Positions 26,921 through 36,139 of a DNA stretch of 64,000 nucleotides are shown here, in pieces (position 1 is the stretch's first letter; every line of letters starts with the position of its first letter). This DNA is from a virus. Taxonomy: Duplodnaviria; Caudoviricetes. A program made the position numbers and the translations under genes. The notes under the pieces are model-generated. The model was not told where the DNA came from, did not search any database, and worked only from the letters and a program-made list of their open reading frames with translations. The DNA is taken from the IMG/VR virus record IMGVR_UViG_3300049182_000044, positions 217,567 through 281,566 of that record. One strand, given 5' to 3'.

Positions 26921-26977
26921 TTGTTACTCCCTCAAAGTGAATGGTTGGTACTGGTTGGTGAATTTACTGCAGGTGAA

Positions 26978-27685
26978 TCATTTTGGCGTTTTAGGTTTGG
27001 CGGTGATTACATTAACCTCCATTACCTTCTGCCCGTTGTGAGTGAGTGACGTTTTATGCTCGCCGTCATCCGCCCAGACGATGTGCGGGATGGCCATGCG
27101 TGTCGCAGCCTTGATACCGTCGCCTTCGAGTTTCTTTCCAGTCTCTTCCTCGATGCTGGCGATCATTGCGGTGCGCCCAAGACGGACTGCACGAATGCTT
27201 TCCTTCAACTGATCGAGACAATCATCAAGGCGATCATCTGGAATGTCGAGCAAGTCCGTCATGTAGCGGAGGACGTAGCGGTTCGGAGCGTCGTCAAATG
27301 CTGACCGTCCTGTTGCAACCTGCGCCACACCTCGATCTTCCAAGCTAGCAGGAGGAGCATTCGGTACGGCGAGCACCTGCGCCAGGCGATCTTCCCCATC
27401 TTCCCCATCTTCCTCTTCCTCCTCGATGCCCAATTCATCCAGTTCGCTCTGCAAACCGGGGTTGTAATGCTCGAAGGTTGCTGAGAGTTGCGAGATCTTC
27501 ACTTCGCCGTCCACAGCATCACTTTCGTAGGTGATATGGTCAGAGTATACGCCGGTGACACGCACGTATTCAGGAGCAGAGCCTTCGCCCATGCTATTCT
27601 CGAACTCCTCTTCGGCGTCTTCAGTGAAGCTGAGGAGAGTCCCTTGGGTGACCGGCCTGCCTTTAAGCATTGTGCTTTTATTCAT
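26978..27685 (-). CDS. acidic hypothetical protein
   Basis: 235 aa, AAGGGG RBS. Confidence 0.8.
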   Translation of the reverse strand: MNKSTMLKGRPVTQGTLLSFTEDAEEEFENSMGEGSAPEYVRVTGVYSDHITYESDAVDGEVKISQLSATFEHYNPGLQSELDELGIEEEEEDGEDGEDRLAQVLAVPNAPPASLEDRGVAQVATGRSAFDDAPNRYVLRYMTDLLDIPDDRLDDCLDQLKESIRAVRLGRTAMIASIEEETGKKLEGDGIKAATRMAIPHIVWADDGEHKTSLTHNGQKVMEVNVITAKPKTPK

Positions 27686-27695
27686 TTTAAACCCC

Positions 27696-28109
27696 TTATG
27701 GTCTGCGGCTCTTGGAGCCGATTGTTTTAACGTCGATGCCTTCTGTAACGTACTGGGCGGGACCCTTGTTATACATCGGCATCAATGATTCACTCTTTGC
27801 CTTGGTCTGTGCTGCGACCTCTGGCGATTCCTCGGCTAAGCTGCGTGGATCCATTGCCGAACGCTTCAATGCAACTGCACCTTTCACAGTGTCCTTCTTC
27901 GACTTGGCTTTACGTGCCTCCTTAACACGTTTCGCCACAACCTCGTCGATGATGACCTTCGTCTTCTTTGCCTTCTTCGGCGCCGAAGCCTGCACAGTTG
28001 ATTTCAATGTTGCGTTCGACCACTTGTCCTTCAGCTTGTTCCAGCTTTGCTGTTGCTCTTCGTACTGGCGCTTCTGTTCAGCCGATTTGAACTTCTTCGG
28101 CTTCTTCAT
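27696..28109 (-). CDS. basic hypothetical protein
   Basis: 137 aa; C-terminal PMYNKGPAQY motif typical of myophage ORFs. Confidence 0.8.
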   Translation of the reverse strand: MKKPKKFKSAEQKRQYEEQQQSWNKLKDKWSNATLKSTVQASAPKKAKKTKVIIDEVVAKRVKEARKAKSKKDTVKGAVALKRSAMDPRSLAEESPEVAAQTKAKSESLMPMYNKGPAQYVTEGIDVKTIGSKSRRP

Positions 28110-28119
28110 GGCGCACTCC

Positions 28120-28539
28120 TTAAAGTATTTCTTTGCCTTCGAGGCGATTGTTGAACTCTTCCCAGGTCAATTTGACTAGGGGCCTAGACAGATCGTTGAG
28201 AGGGCAATCGAGGATCATCTGAGTAATCGAGGATACAGCTTCGGCATAACTCAGGTTGCCGGAATCGCCACCACTGATCGCAAACGCAGCCGTGTTACCC
28301 ATGCCACCGTCTGATACATCGTCACCTTCCTCAAAGGTCATCACGTTTGCCGTAATGAGGTATTGTACCAACTTGGTGAACGTTGACTGCATAAATGCAT
28401 CTGCGTCTTTGATATTTACACCAGGTATGTACATGAGGATGTAGTTGTACTGGCACTTCGTGGTCTTGAGTGCAAAGCCTAAGTGAAACTCCTCAACGTC
28501 AAGCTCTTGAGTGTTATGTCGATCTTCATCGCGTATCAT
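28120..28539 (-). CDS. hypothetical protein
   Basis: 139 aa. Confidence 0.75.
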   Translation of the reverse strand: MIRDEDRHNTQELDVEEFHLGFALKTTKCQYNYILMYIPGVNIKDADAFMQSTFTKLVQYLITANVMTFEEGDDVSDGGMGNTAAFAISGGDSGNLSYAEAVSSITQMILDCPLNDLSRPLVKLTWEEFNNRLEGKEIL

Positions 28540-28570
28540 CGGGTTCCTTTCTTGATCTTAGTCCAGGCTT

Positions 28571-29101
28571 TCAGGCTTTCAGGATTTCCTTGCACTCCCT
28601 TGCCTGACAGCCCTGCCATCGAGAAGCCCACAACAGCATCAAATCCAACTGGTGCTTCACACCGTCGAGGCCGTAATGAAGCGCTGCCTTAGCCATTGCA
28701 TTAGCATAGACGTAAGCGCTTGTGTTCATTTCAGGTGTTACGTTCACCATTGCGAGGCGCAAGGCGTGAATGACTTCGGGTTTGACCTGCATGAGCTTGA
28801 GCCACTCGCGCAATGTCTCGCTCATTACAACGCCGCCTTCCGGCGGGTTGAGTACAACCTTTATGTATTTGGAATGGCCGCTGTAGTTGCCGACTGCTTC
28901 GTCAGTCATGAGTTCATTGCAGACGTATTTATACGTCTCGCAGTTATGCTCAATCGTGTCTGGCCAAAGTCTTGAGTAGGCCAGCATATCGGCGTATGCG
29001 TAGAGTGTGTCGCCTACAACGTGACGTACTATCACTTGGTTGCGGCGCATGTAATCGGAGGAATGGATGGTGGGAGCACGATCTTTCGTGGAGTAGGACA
29101 T
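28571..29101 (-). CDS. hypothetical protein
   Basis: ATG at 29101 after leader and GAAGGAAG. Confidence 0.75.
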   Translation of the reverse strand: MSYSTKDRAPTIHSSDYMRRNQVIVRHVVGDTLYAYADMLAYSRLWPDTIEHNCETYKYVCNELMTDEAVGNYSGHSKYIKVVLNPPEGGVVMSETLREWLKLMQVKPEVIHALRLAMVNVTPEMNTSAYVYANAMAKAALHYGLDGVKHQLDLMLLWASRWQGCQARECKEILKA

Positions 29102-29138
29102 TGCAGCTTCCTTCAAGTGTAAGTTGGTAGAGGTCTTA

Positions 29139-29636
29139 CTAGCCTTGGCTTTCATCAGCGGCGGCTTCAGGCAAATACAGCTGGTTTGATCGTAGCGTAT
29201 CGACAATCGACTCTACGAGTCCGACGCCGACGCCAGGTAGTTCAAGTAAACCCTTTTCAGTCATACGAAGCAGTTGTGCAATGTGCGTGATACCGTGCTT
29301 CTCAAGCGCAGTAAGCGCACGTTGCCGGAATCCGTAATCAATCAGCGGCTTGTTCAAGCGACGTGCTAGGTGCATTGGGTTCTGCACTCGGGTTTTCACA
29401 ACCTGAGCATCCGGAACTCCTTCGCCAGAAGCCTGAGGCGTTTCAGCTTTCTTTTCAACCCAACCGCCGACTGGCATGTTCACGCGCAGACCATGCTGGA
29501 CTTTCTCCTCGTTCACGATCTTGTCAACGTCTTCCATCGAGTGCCCGCTAATCAGGAGAGCACGTACCGAAGCGCGAAGCATTTCCTGCAATGCGTAGTT
29601 CATGTTGGATTTTTCAAACAGTTCCTTGTTGTTCAT
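29139..29636 (-). CDS. protein with RNA polymerase alpha-subunit C-terminal-domain-like region
   Basis: LNKPLIDYGFRQRALTALEKHGITHIAQLLRMTEKGLLELPGVGVGLVESIVDTL aligns by eye with alpha-CTD ([55 protein letters not shown]). Confidence 0.75.
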   Translation of the reverse strand: MNNKELFEKSNMNYALQEMLRASVRALLISGHSMEDVDKIVNEEKVQHGLRVNMPVGGWVEKKAETPQASGEGVPDAQVVKTRVQNPMHLARRLNKPLIDYGFRQRALTALEKHGITHIAQLLRMTEKGLLELPGVGVGLVESIVDTLRSNQLYLPEAAADESQG

Positions 29637-29649
29637 GTTCTTCTCCTAG

Positions 29650-30171
29650 TTACGCTGCTTGTTGGTGAAATCGTAGGGCACGCTCGCGTTGAACGCGCAA
29701 CACTTCAGGATTGTTTTCACGAACCCAGTAGTCCAACTGCTCGATGTTGGGCACACCTTCGATGCGACGCGGGTGCTCCTCGTCTTTGACATATGCCCAG
29801 CCTGAAACCTTAGGCCACGGCTCCTGTCCACGTTCGATATTTACATTCTCTGCAACGTAGACGTTGACGCGGCCTGGCGTTAGGAACGAAACGCCTTTCT
29901 CGTCCGGATGTGGACGTGCTGTGGTGCTGCACATGCTGCCACTCATTTCAAAGCCCGAGTGCTTCACCAAACGATCATCAGACCGAATAAGCCTCACGAA
30001 AAACAGACGAGGCATACCCGTGTCAGCGTGCGGTTGGTAGCCGGTAATCATTACCTCGACTTCGCTACCAACCGCAGGGTTTCGCTCACGCTTCGGAAAC
30101 AGTGCTATGACAGCACCGATCTTGGCGATCACTTGCCCAGGTTCACGACCTTGTAACACGGTCACTTTCAT
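29650..30171 (-). CDS. hypothetical protein (possible TRAM/OB-like N-terminus)
   Basis: 173 aa, GGAGG RBS. Confidence 0.75.
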   Translation of the reverse strand: MKVTVLQGREPGQVIAKIGAVIALFPKRERNPAVGSEVEVMITGYQPHADTGMPRLFFVRLIRSDDRLVKHSGFEMSGSMCSTTARPHPDEKGVSFLTPGRVNVYVAENVNIERGQEPWPKVSGWAYVKDEEHPRRIEGVPNIEQLDYWVRENNPEVLRVQRERALRFHQQAA

Positions 30172-30200
30172 TTATACCTCCTTGTGGTTGTTGTTCAATG

Positions 30201-30722
30201 TTACTGATGCACCTTGCGTGTTGATTTCTTGCCGTTGCTCGCCTTCTGCATACGAGCATAACAGAAATCACCTTCCTCAACTACTTCAAGTCCGAATCGC
30301 CGGAGGAAGGATTTCTTGAATCGCTTGCTTTGTTCGGGTGCGATGCGACGTACACGAACGCCGGACTCGATTGCGTGCTTGAGTGCCTTTTCGGTCACGC
30401 CACTCTTGAATGCAACCTTGTCTTCCTTCTTGTACTGAATCGAGTATGTTTCAGGTGCTTCGGCACGCGAAGGAACATATTCAGGTACGAACATGCGAGT
30501 GCCTTCTGCGTACAGCTTGAAGTTCAAGTGCTTCGTCGGAATCTTCTCGCCCTTTTCGAGATCGAGGACGAAACGAATGCGGTTCTGGTACAGCTTCTTG
30601 ATGTTGGACTTCGAGCACTTGATCGACGCCGGTGTTTCGTGATCCCCTGCTGAGAACTCGTTCTCAGCAAGCGGCAGGACTTGGTTGACTTTCAGCAGAT
30701 TGTCGGTGATAAACAGAATCAT
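30201..30722 (-). CDS. hypothetical protein, paralog of 14840..15373
   Basis: Shared N-terminus and internal similarity. Confidence 0.85.
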   Translation of the reverse strand: MILFITDNLLKVNQVLPLAENEFSAGDHETPASIKCSKSNIKKLYQNRIRFVLDLEKGEKIPTKHLNFKLYAEGTRMFVPEYVPSRAEAPETYSIQYKKEDKVAFKSGVTEKALKHAIESGVRVRRIAPEQSKRFKKSFLRRFGLEVVEEGDFCYARMQKASNGKKSTRKVHQ

Positions 30723-30750
30723 GATCTTCTCCTAATGTAGTTGATGAACA

Positions 30751-31257
30751 TTACTTCTTACTGGTCACACGAATAAACTCCGAGTGCGATCGCACTACGG
30801 TTGCTGCAATTTGAATTGCATACGATGGCGTTTCGTTGTGCCCACCACCTATCATACGCTGTCGATACTCGAACAGCATCGAACCATTTGTGACTTGCAT
30901 CAAATGGCATCCCTTCTTTGGGAGCATCTTCACCAAGTACGCCAGAACCTTAGTGCCGTATGGGAACAACTCTTTGAAACCCTCGTCGAAGTAAAAATAC
31001 AACGGCACTGAATCCTTATCGACGATGAACTTTCCATCTATTGCGTCACCGCTCTCCTCGTCAAACTTTGCTGCACGAAACACCTTGTTCTCAGGTGTGT
31101 TTAAGTACGTGTACAGTGCGTTGAAGAATAAGTTGAGCGAATCCGCTTCACTCAACGCGCCGACCGCTTCACGATTGGCCTTAGTACGCTTCATAAGGCC
31201 GATGCGGTGTTTAAGTTCATTGCTCTTGCTGACTTTTGCTTTTTCTGTCTTTTTCAT
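30751..31257 (-). CDS. hypothetical protein
   Basis: ATG at 31257 after GGGGAG. Confidence 0.75.
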   Translation of the reverse strand: MKKTEKAKVSKSNELKHRIGLMKRTKANREAVGALSEADSLNLFFNALYTYLNTPENKVFRAAKFDEESGDAIDGKFIVDKDSVPLYFYFDEGFKELFPYGTKVLAYLVKMLPKKGCHLMQVTNGSMLFEYRQRMIGGGHNETPSYAIQIAATVVRSHSEFIRVTSKK

Positions 31258-31258
31258 T

Positions 31259-31468
31259 TTAGCTCCCCTGAATTTCGTCGAACAGCTTAAGTGCGGCTTT
31301 GTCTTCGTAAAATACCTTGCCGCATTCACACTTGATTTGAGCAGTTGCACCTAGCAGCTTCCTAGCTGGCTTCACTGTGTGCGTCCACATTCGATGTGAA
31401 TCTAGCCCGTTTAATATCGCGTGTGTCGCATGAGCTAGGTTTGCCCAGATGACTTTAATCAGTTTCAT
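31259..31468 (-). CDS. small hypothetical protein with CECG motif
   Basis: ATG at 31468 after GGAGG. Confidence 0.65.
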   Translation of the reverse strand: MKLIKVIWANLAHATHAILNGLDSHRMWTHTVKPARKLLGATAQIKCECGKVFYEDKAALKLFDEIQGS

Positions 31469-31479
31469 AGGACCTCCTA

Positions 31480-31755
31480 TCACGCGGGTGCCAAGCATTC
31501 GATCCTCGGGCGTGAGACCTTTATATATTCCTGAGGTCGCGCGACTGCCCCAGGATAGCCGCACACCGAAGTCCATTCAACGGCCAATTTGACAGGGTTG
31601 CAGAACCGGCCGTTCTTCTGCAATTGGATTGATGGGATCGATAGCAGCTTCACGCCGTCCTCAATCACAACTCGAATGCGAGGGTCACCTTCAACCTCGC
31701 GTCGTTTTACTCGCCAGCCTGTCTTCCGGTCGAAGCTGCATATCAAAATTCCCAT
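31480..31755 (-). CDS. hypothetical protein
   Basis: 91 aa, GAGGA RBS. Confidence 0.65.
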   Translation of the reverse strand: MGILICSFDRKTGWRVKRREVEGDPRIRVVIEDGVKLLSIPSIQLQKNGRFCNPVKLAVEWTSVCGYPGAVARPQEYIKVSRPRIECLAPA

Positions 31756-31771
31756 AACCGTTCCTCAAATG

Positions 31772-32002
31772 TTAGTTGTTAGCAACAGGAGATGTAAGGA
31801 CGAACGGTGCCTTATCCCTGCCTATTTTGTTACCAGATTCGTCGTAACAGAATCCATCGCGACAGTTTTCAAGAATCAACGTGCCTGTCTGTACAACCTC
31901 TCCCTTGACAGGCTCGTTGGCGCGAATGTACCAGCTCGTGATCGCCGATGCTACGAAAGCGCTCACGAACGTCAGCAGTGCGATACGTTTCAGGCGACTC
32001 AT
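31772..32002 (-). CDS. small membrane-anchored or secreted protein
   Basis: N-terminal hydrophobic helix IALLTFVSAFVASAITSW. Confidence 0.7.
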   Translation of the reverse strand: MSRLKRIALLTFVSAFVASAITSWYIRANEPVKGEVVQTGTLILENCRDGFCYDESGNKIGRDKAPFVLTSPVANN

Positions 32003-32298
32003 ACCTTCAACTGCTCTTCAGCCCAAATCTGGCAGTCGTTCCAGGTGTACTCAAGCAAGTAGTACACGATTTCACCCATCGTGGGTTCCCCCGCCGCCTT
32101 CGCTACCTCGTCGCAGGACTCGCGGAGTGTCTTGCGGTAGAACTGAGCATAGTCAACCATGTCTGCGTAGGAGTTGTCAGGGTCGGCCTTGCGTTCAGCT
32201 TCAGACTTAGCTGAAGCTTCGGCTGAGGCGGCTTTATCGTAGGATTCTTCACGAACACGCATGGCGTCGAGAAGCATTTGAGCAAATTTCTTATTCAC
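31999..32298 (-). CDS. hypothetical protein
   Basis: 99 aa, AAGGAG RBS. Confidence 0.8.
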   Translation of the reverse strand: MNKKFAQMLLDAMRVREESYDKAASAEASAKSEAERKADPDNSYADMVDYAQFYRKTLRESCDEVAKAAGEPTMGEIVYYLLEYTWNDCQIWAEEQLKV

Positions 32299-32333
32299 AT
32301 TTTCTCCTTGTTAGTGAAGTCTATAACCATGCC

Positions 32334-32741
32334 TTATTTAACCACACGCGGCCTGAAACCTTCCAAGCACCTTGGAAAGATTTCGAGCAATTTTTCGTTG
32401 GCTTGGCGCAGTACGAAGCCTCGCATTTCAGCACGCAAACGATCATACAGCTTATTGCGATCAAAATCGTTCATGTGTGCATCGAATTGATAGTGCTTTG
32501 GAAAATTATCGACGGTCATATCAACCAGCACTAGATGCTCAGAGCTTTGTGTCGCCTGGTATAAAACTACAACTACGTTTTCGCCGCTCTTATCGGTGAC
32601 GGTCAAACCCAACTGACTTCGTCCTTGTAAGATGGGTTCCGCCTTCAGCGCCAAAAGCTCAGGGTTTAACTTCAAAAACAAATCTGATGCTTCATTCGGC
32701 TCTTCGATGACGATAAGTTGATTCTCGATGCTGTGTGGCAT
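32334..32741 (-). CDS. hypothetical protein
   Basis: 135 aa, AAGGAG RBS. Confidence 0.8.
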   Translation of the reverse strand: MPHSIENQLIVIEEPNEASDLFLKLNPELLALKAEPILQGRSQLGLTVTDKSGENVVVVLYQATQSSEHLVLVDMTVDNFPKHYQFDAHMNDFDRNKLYDRLRAEMRGFVLRQANEKLLEIFPRCLEGFRPRVVK

Positions 32742-32790
32742 TTCGTTACTCCTTCAAGGTTGAACGGGGCAGGTGCCCCGCTCTTTTGCG

Positions 32791-33240
32791 CTACAAACCT
32801 TTGCGCAGGGTTGTCATCAGTTCAATGAAGTCTTCCCGATGCTCAAGGGCAAACTTAAGCAGCTCTCGGGCGTTGCGTATACCCATGAGCTTGTTCAACG
32901 ACCTCAGGTGGTCATTGATGAACGAGCGAACCCGCATCGACGAGCCAAACAGCGTCATGAGGTTGCGCAGCATTTCACAGACCGTGGTCTGCCGATCCAG
33001 GTTGAGCTGGACGGCAATCGAGTCTTGCGTATAGCCACTGATGAACAGCCTGACAACCTGATAGGCTGTCTCAGTTATGGTTATAGGCTCTGTGCTGAAT
33101 GCGTGATCGAGATTGCGGTTCAGATCTTGCAATACAAACCCGTATGCCGCACCTACCTCGTGAGCGTCCACGCGATCAGCTGAGTACCGAAGTGCCGTTG
33201 ACAGGATGTGCCTGTAACAGTCCTCAGTTAAAATTTTCAC
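32791..33240 (-). CDS. LuxR/GerE-type HTH protein
   Basis: ITETAYQVVRLFISGYTQDSIAVQLNL...TV...LRNLMTLFG and LRSLNKLMGIRNARELLKFALEH. Confidence 0.65.
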   Translation of the reverse strand: MKILTEDCYRHILSTALRYSADRVDAHEVGAAYGFVLQDLNRNLDHAFSTEPITITETAYQVVRLFISGYTQDSIAVQLNLDRQTTVCEMLRNLMTLFGSSMRVRSFINDHLRSLNKLMGIRNARELLKFALEHREDFIELMTTLRKGL

Positions 33241-33307
33241 GATACCTCCCCAAGCTGGTGAGCCATGCTGTACCTTTCAAATGATGATTGATGAATTTCC
33301 TACTTGC

Positions 33308-33430
33308 GCAACCTGACGGTTTTGCGAATCGTGTGGGGCAGGTCCCCCACGCCTCGATTATAACACACATTCCCTGATTTGTCAAATCGACGGGCCAGGA
33401 ACGGGCATACGTCAGAACCGTCAGGTTTGC
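33308..33430 (-). promoter_or_regulatory. promoter cassette P3: sigma70 promoter between inverted elements
   Basis: TTGACA(33380-85)-17-TATAAT(33357-62); GCAACCTGACGGTT 33308-21 and AACCGTCAGGTTTGC 33416-30. Confidence 0.9.
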
Positions 33431-33471
33431 GGAATCCATGCGACAAAGGGAGCCACGATGGGCTCCAGATG

Positions 33472-33945
33472 TTATTGCTTGTGTGCGAGGCGCTCGATAA
33501 TGATCTTAGCTGCCTCGTAGAACGAATCAGTGTTACTCTCACGGTCGGACTCCCCGGTCGGGCCTGTCACAGTTACTACGTGTGGGTATGGATACATCTC
33601 GTGCTTATAGGCAAACGTGAACTCCCAGCCATCCGGCAGTCGATCACGCAGGAGGTCTGTTGCATCAGCAATGCGCGTCGCGGCAGACATGGTGTTGACC
33701 TCTACCAGCTTGACGCCTGTGATCTTAGCGATGAAGGCTGTCTTATGCTCTTCGGAGAGATTGGCCTGAGCTTCACGCACGTTCTTGATGAACGCATCGG
33801 CAACCTCTTGAGCGGTGTGCTCTTCATACGTGCCACCTGTTGCGCGATCATGTGCAATACGCACTTGCTGCAAGTCGCGCATGTTGTGTCCTACGATATA
33901 GGCTTCTCGCGCAATATCGCTGGTGATGATAAGAATCTTTTTCAT
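33472..33945 (-). CDS. hypothetical protein
   Basis: 157 aa, followed by a hairpin near 33448-33465. Confidence 0.8.
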   Translation of the reverse strand: MKKILIITSDIAREAYIVGHNMRDLQQVRIAHDRATGGTYEEHTAQEVADAFIKNVREAQANLSEEHKTAFIAKITGVKLVEVNTMSAATRIADATDLLRDRLPDGWEFTFAYKHEMYPYPHVVTVTGPTGESDRESNTDSFYEAAKIIIERLAHKQ

Positions 33946-34005
33946 AATCGTTTTTCTAATCGTTGTGAGACAACGGGAAGCCGCATAGGACTTCCCGTGT
34001 GTTAC

Positions 34006-34359
34006 TTACTGCTTGATATATTCAAGGTGGTTCTGCTCGTTGCGTCCGAGCTTCGCTACCTGGAGATGGTCTTCGAGATTGTTGCGGTCATGGATATCGG
34101 ACACGAAGCGGCCAAGTGCAATTCGGTCGCCACGTTCGATAGTGTTCCATGAGTCTTGTGTGAACAAATCCTTGACTTCAAACACGATTCCGCGAGGAAC
34201 CATACGCATTTGGTCAAACACCTGTTTCCCCATGGCTGTGATCCCACCCTCTTCAAGAGGGACTGGTGTGTAGTCATCGAGGCGCCGCTCTTGCTCTGGA
34301 GCCACTACAACCACTGATACAGACACGTTGATTTGCACACCTTGTTGCGCTAAACTCAT
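34006..34359 (-). CDS. DUF1413-like protein
   Basis: FEVKDLFTQDSWNTIERGDRIALGRFV pattern. Confidence 0.55.
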   Translation of the reverse strand: MSLAQQGVQINVSVSVVVVAPEQERRLDDYTPVPLEEGGITAMGKQVFDQMRMVPRGIVFEVKDLFTQDSWNTIERGDRIALGRFVSDIHDRNNLEDHLQVAKLGRNEQNHLEYIKQ

Positions 34360-34380
34360 AGAGTTTCCTTTCACTGCACC

Positions 34381-34485
34381 TTAATGACGGGTGCGAAGTA
34401 GGTTGTACACGTAAGCGTGTAAGGCTTGCCGTGGTGTGATGTCCATACGGAACACTACGACCTTGGCTTGCATGGTAACGGTCAT
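34381..34485 (-). CDS. small hypothetical protein (34 aa)
   Basis: AAGGAG RBS; MTVTMQAKVVVFRMDITPRQALHAYVYNLLRTRH. Confidence 0.5.
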   Translation of the reverse strand: MTVTMQAKVVVFRMDITPRQALHAYVYNLLRTRH

Positions 34486-34949
34486 AACGCACTCTCCTTT
34501 CCTATTGAGCCGTTGAATACGTACTCGAGCTTACGGGGTCGGTACGTCCCCTTTTCGACCCGGGTCAGGTCGAAACCGAAATGATTGACGAATGGACGGC
34601 TGAACTCGTCTAACATCTCTTGACTAACGCTGCACACAGGCTTGTCACAATCGAGCTTGCGTAACATGCGTTCTGTTAAATGGATACCGATGCCTCGGGA
34701 TCGGTAGACCGGATCGACGCGAATTGCCCTCAGCTTTGTTTCCTCTTCAGTGCGCTTACCCAACGCGACACCGACGATGCGATCATGCTCCTTGGCGAGT
34801 AAAAGCGTGTCATGACCTGTAAGGATGCCTGGGAGTACCTTGTTAGTCAACCAAAACTCAAAGCCTGGGTAGTAAGTGCCTAAACTCCGAAGTGTCTGAA
34901 AGGCAAGCACAGCCTCGGTTAAGGTTGTGCCCTGTTGATATGCGATCAT
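34482..34949 (-). CDS. GNAT-family acetyltransferase
   Basis: RIVGVALGK...KLRAIRVDPVYRSRGIGIHL (acetyl-CoA motif A), FGF near the end. Confidence 0.85.
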   Translation of the reverse strand: MIAYQQGTTLTEAVLAFQTLRSLGTYYPGFEFWLTNKVLPGILTGHDTLLLAKEHDRIVGVALGKRTEEETKLRAIRVDPVYRSRGIGIHLTERMLRKLDCDKPVCSVSQEMLDEFSRPFVNHFGFDLTRVEKGTYRPRKLEYVFNGSIGKESAL

Positions 34950-35518
34950 TATCCCTCGACCTCAGCCGGAACTTCCGGCGCGACGTACACCGCAGCGTCA
35001 CTGAACTCCGTGCAGTCGCTAATACTTACACGCAGGTCGTAGAACGGATGCGGATCATCAACGGTGTCCACTTGATGCGACAACCAGATATCTCCCAGGC
35101 GGGATGCGCCCGTCACACGATAGCGCCAGTTCTTATAGGTGCAGAACAGACGCTTGTCTTTGAAAAAGGGCTTGAAGAGCTCCTTAAGGCCGGCACTGAG
35201 CGTAAAGTACAGGAACATGAAGCGCGCGTACGCCTGAGAGCGCGGTCCGTAGTCGATGAAGAAGTTGACGTGCTTTTCTTCCTTGTTCTGCTTCGCGTAC
35301 ATGCGATCTGCAACGCTGGCCATCTTCCCATACATGGCTTCAAATGAATCGAGCACCTTGCCCCTCTCCGCCTGCGCGATCTTGAGAGTGTCGGTTGTGA
35401 GTCGATGTTCGACGATGGAACAAGCGCATTCAAGCAGATTGACGAGCGCGTTCGTGTCGAGCAATTCGAGATTGACGTATTTTTCAGTTTCAAGATGGCT
35501 GTTGTTGGCGCTGTTCAT
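34949..35518 (-). CDS. hypothetical protein
   Basis: 189 aa, GAGG RBS. Confidence 0.75.
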   Translation of the reverse strand: MNSANNSHLETEKYVNLELLDTNALVNLLECACSIVEHRLTTDTLKIAQAERGKVLDSFEAMYGKMASVADRMYAKQNKEEKHVNFFIDYGPRSQAYARFMFLYFTLSAGLKELFKPFFKDKRLFCTYKNWRYRVTGASRLGDIWLSHQVDTVDDPHPFYDLRVSISDCTEFSDAAVYVAPEVPAEVEG

Positions 35519-35909
35519 GTTTTACCTCGTCGATTTGTTCATGCAGGGTTTGAAAATCGGTCTTGAACTTACGCAGCAGATCGTGCTGCAAGTTGAAGTG
35601 CAAGAGGCTGCCGGCAGAATTGATTGCGTCCTTCCAATCGTTGCCTACGTCACCACATTCGGCGAGCATGGCTCCTGTGAAGCCGCAACGGACAACTGCA
35701 TCCCAAGAGCCTCGTCCGTTCTTCACAGCCCGAAGTTTGAAGATAGCACCGATGCCGTTTTCGTCAGGAAAGTTAGATGCAGTTCTCGGGCGATTCGGGC
35801 CGTGATAAGCCTTGTCAAAAAGGTCAGCCACTTCTTGATTGGGGAATACCAAAACCTGTTTGACTGCTGGGTCGCCTTCCCAGTCATGAGCTTGCGTGAA
35901 TACGAGCAT
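35490..35909 (-). CDS. hypothetical protein
   Basis: ATG at 35909 after AGGAGG. Confidence 0.75.
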   Translation of the reverse strand: MLVFTQAHDWEGDPAVKQVLVFPNQEVADLFDKAYHGPNRPRTASNFPDENGIGAIFKLRAVKNGRGSWDAVVRCGFTGAMLAECGDVGNDWKDAINSAGSLLHFNLQHDLLRKFKTDFQTLHEQIDEVKHEQRQQQPS

Positions 35910-35910
35910 G

Positions 35911-36135
35911 TTACCTCCTTGAGAGTTCGCGTTTGCGGCGGGCAGCTTCCGCATGTTGAGCTTCGGGTGCAGCGAGATCAATCTCGGTGATACCCAGTTC
36001 CTTTTGGTATGCGATCAAGAAGTCACCGAAGGCTTCCACCAGCGTTCGACCGCGTCCTACTTTAGGACTGCCTGGTGCACCTTTCGGCTCGACTTGAAAC
36101 TGCCCTTTCGTAGGGCTTGTAACGAGTAGTTCCAT
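35911..36135 (-). CDS. small protein with HicB-like G.G.T..EA motif
   Basis: VGRGRTLVEAFGDF; functional call weak. Confidence 0.65.
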   Translation of the reverse strand: MELLVTSPTKGQFQVEPKGAPGSPKVGRGRTLVEAFGDFLIAYQKELGITEIDLAAPEAQHAEAARRKRELSRR

Positions 36136-36139
36136 AATG

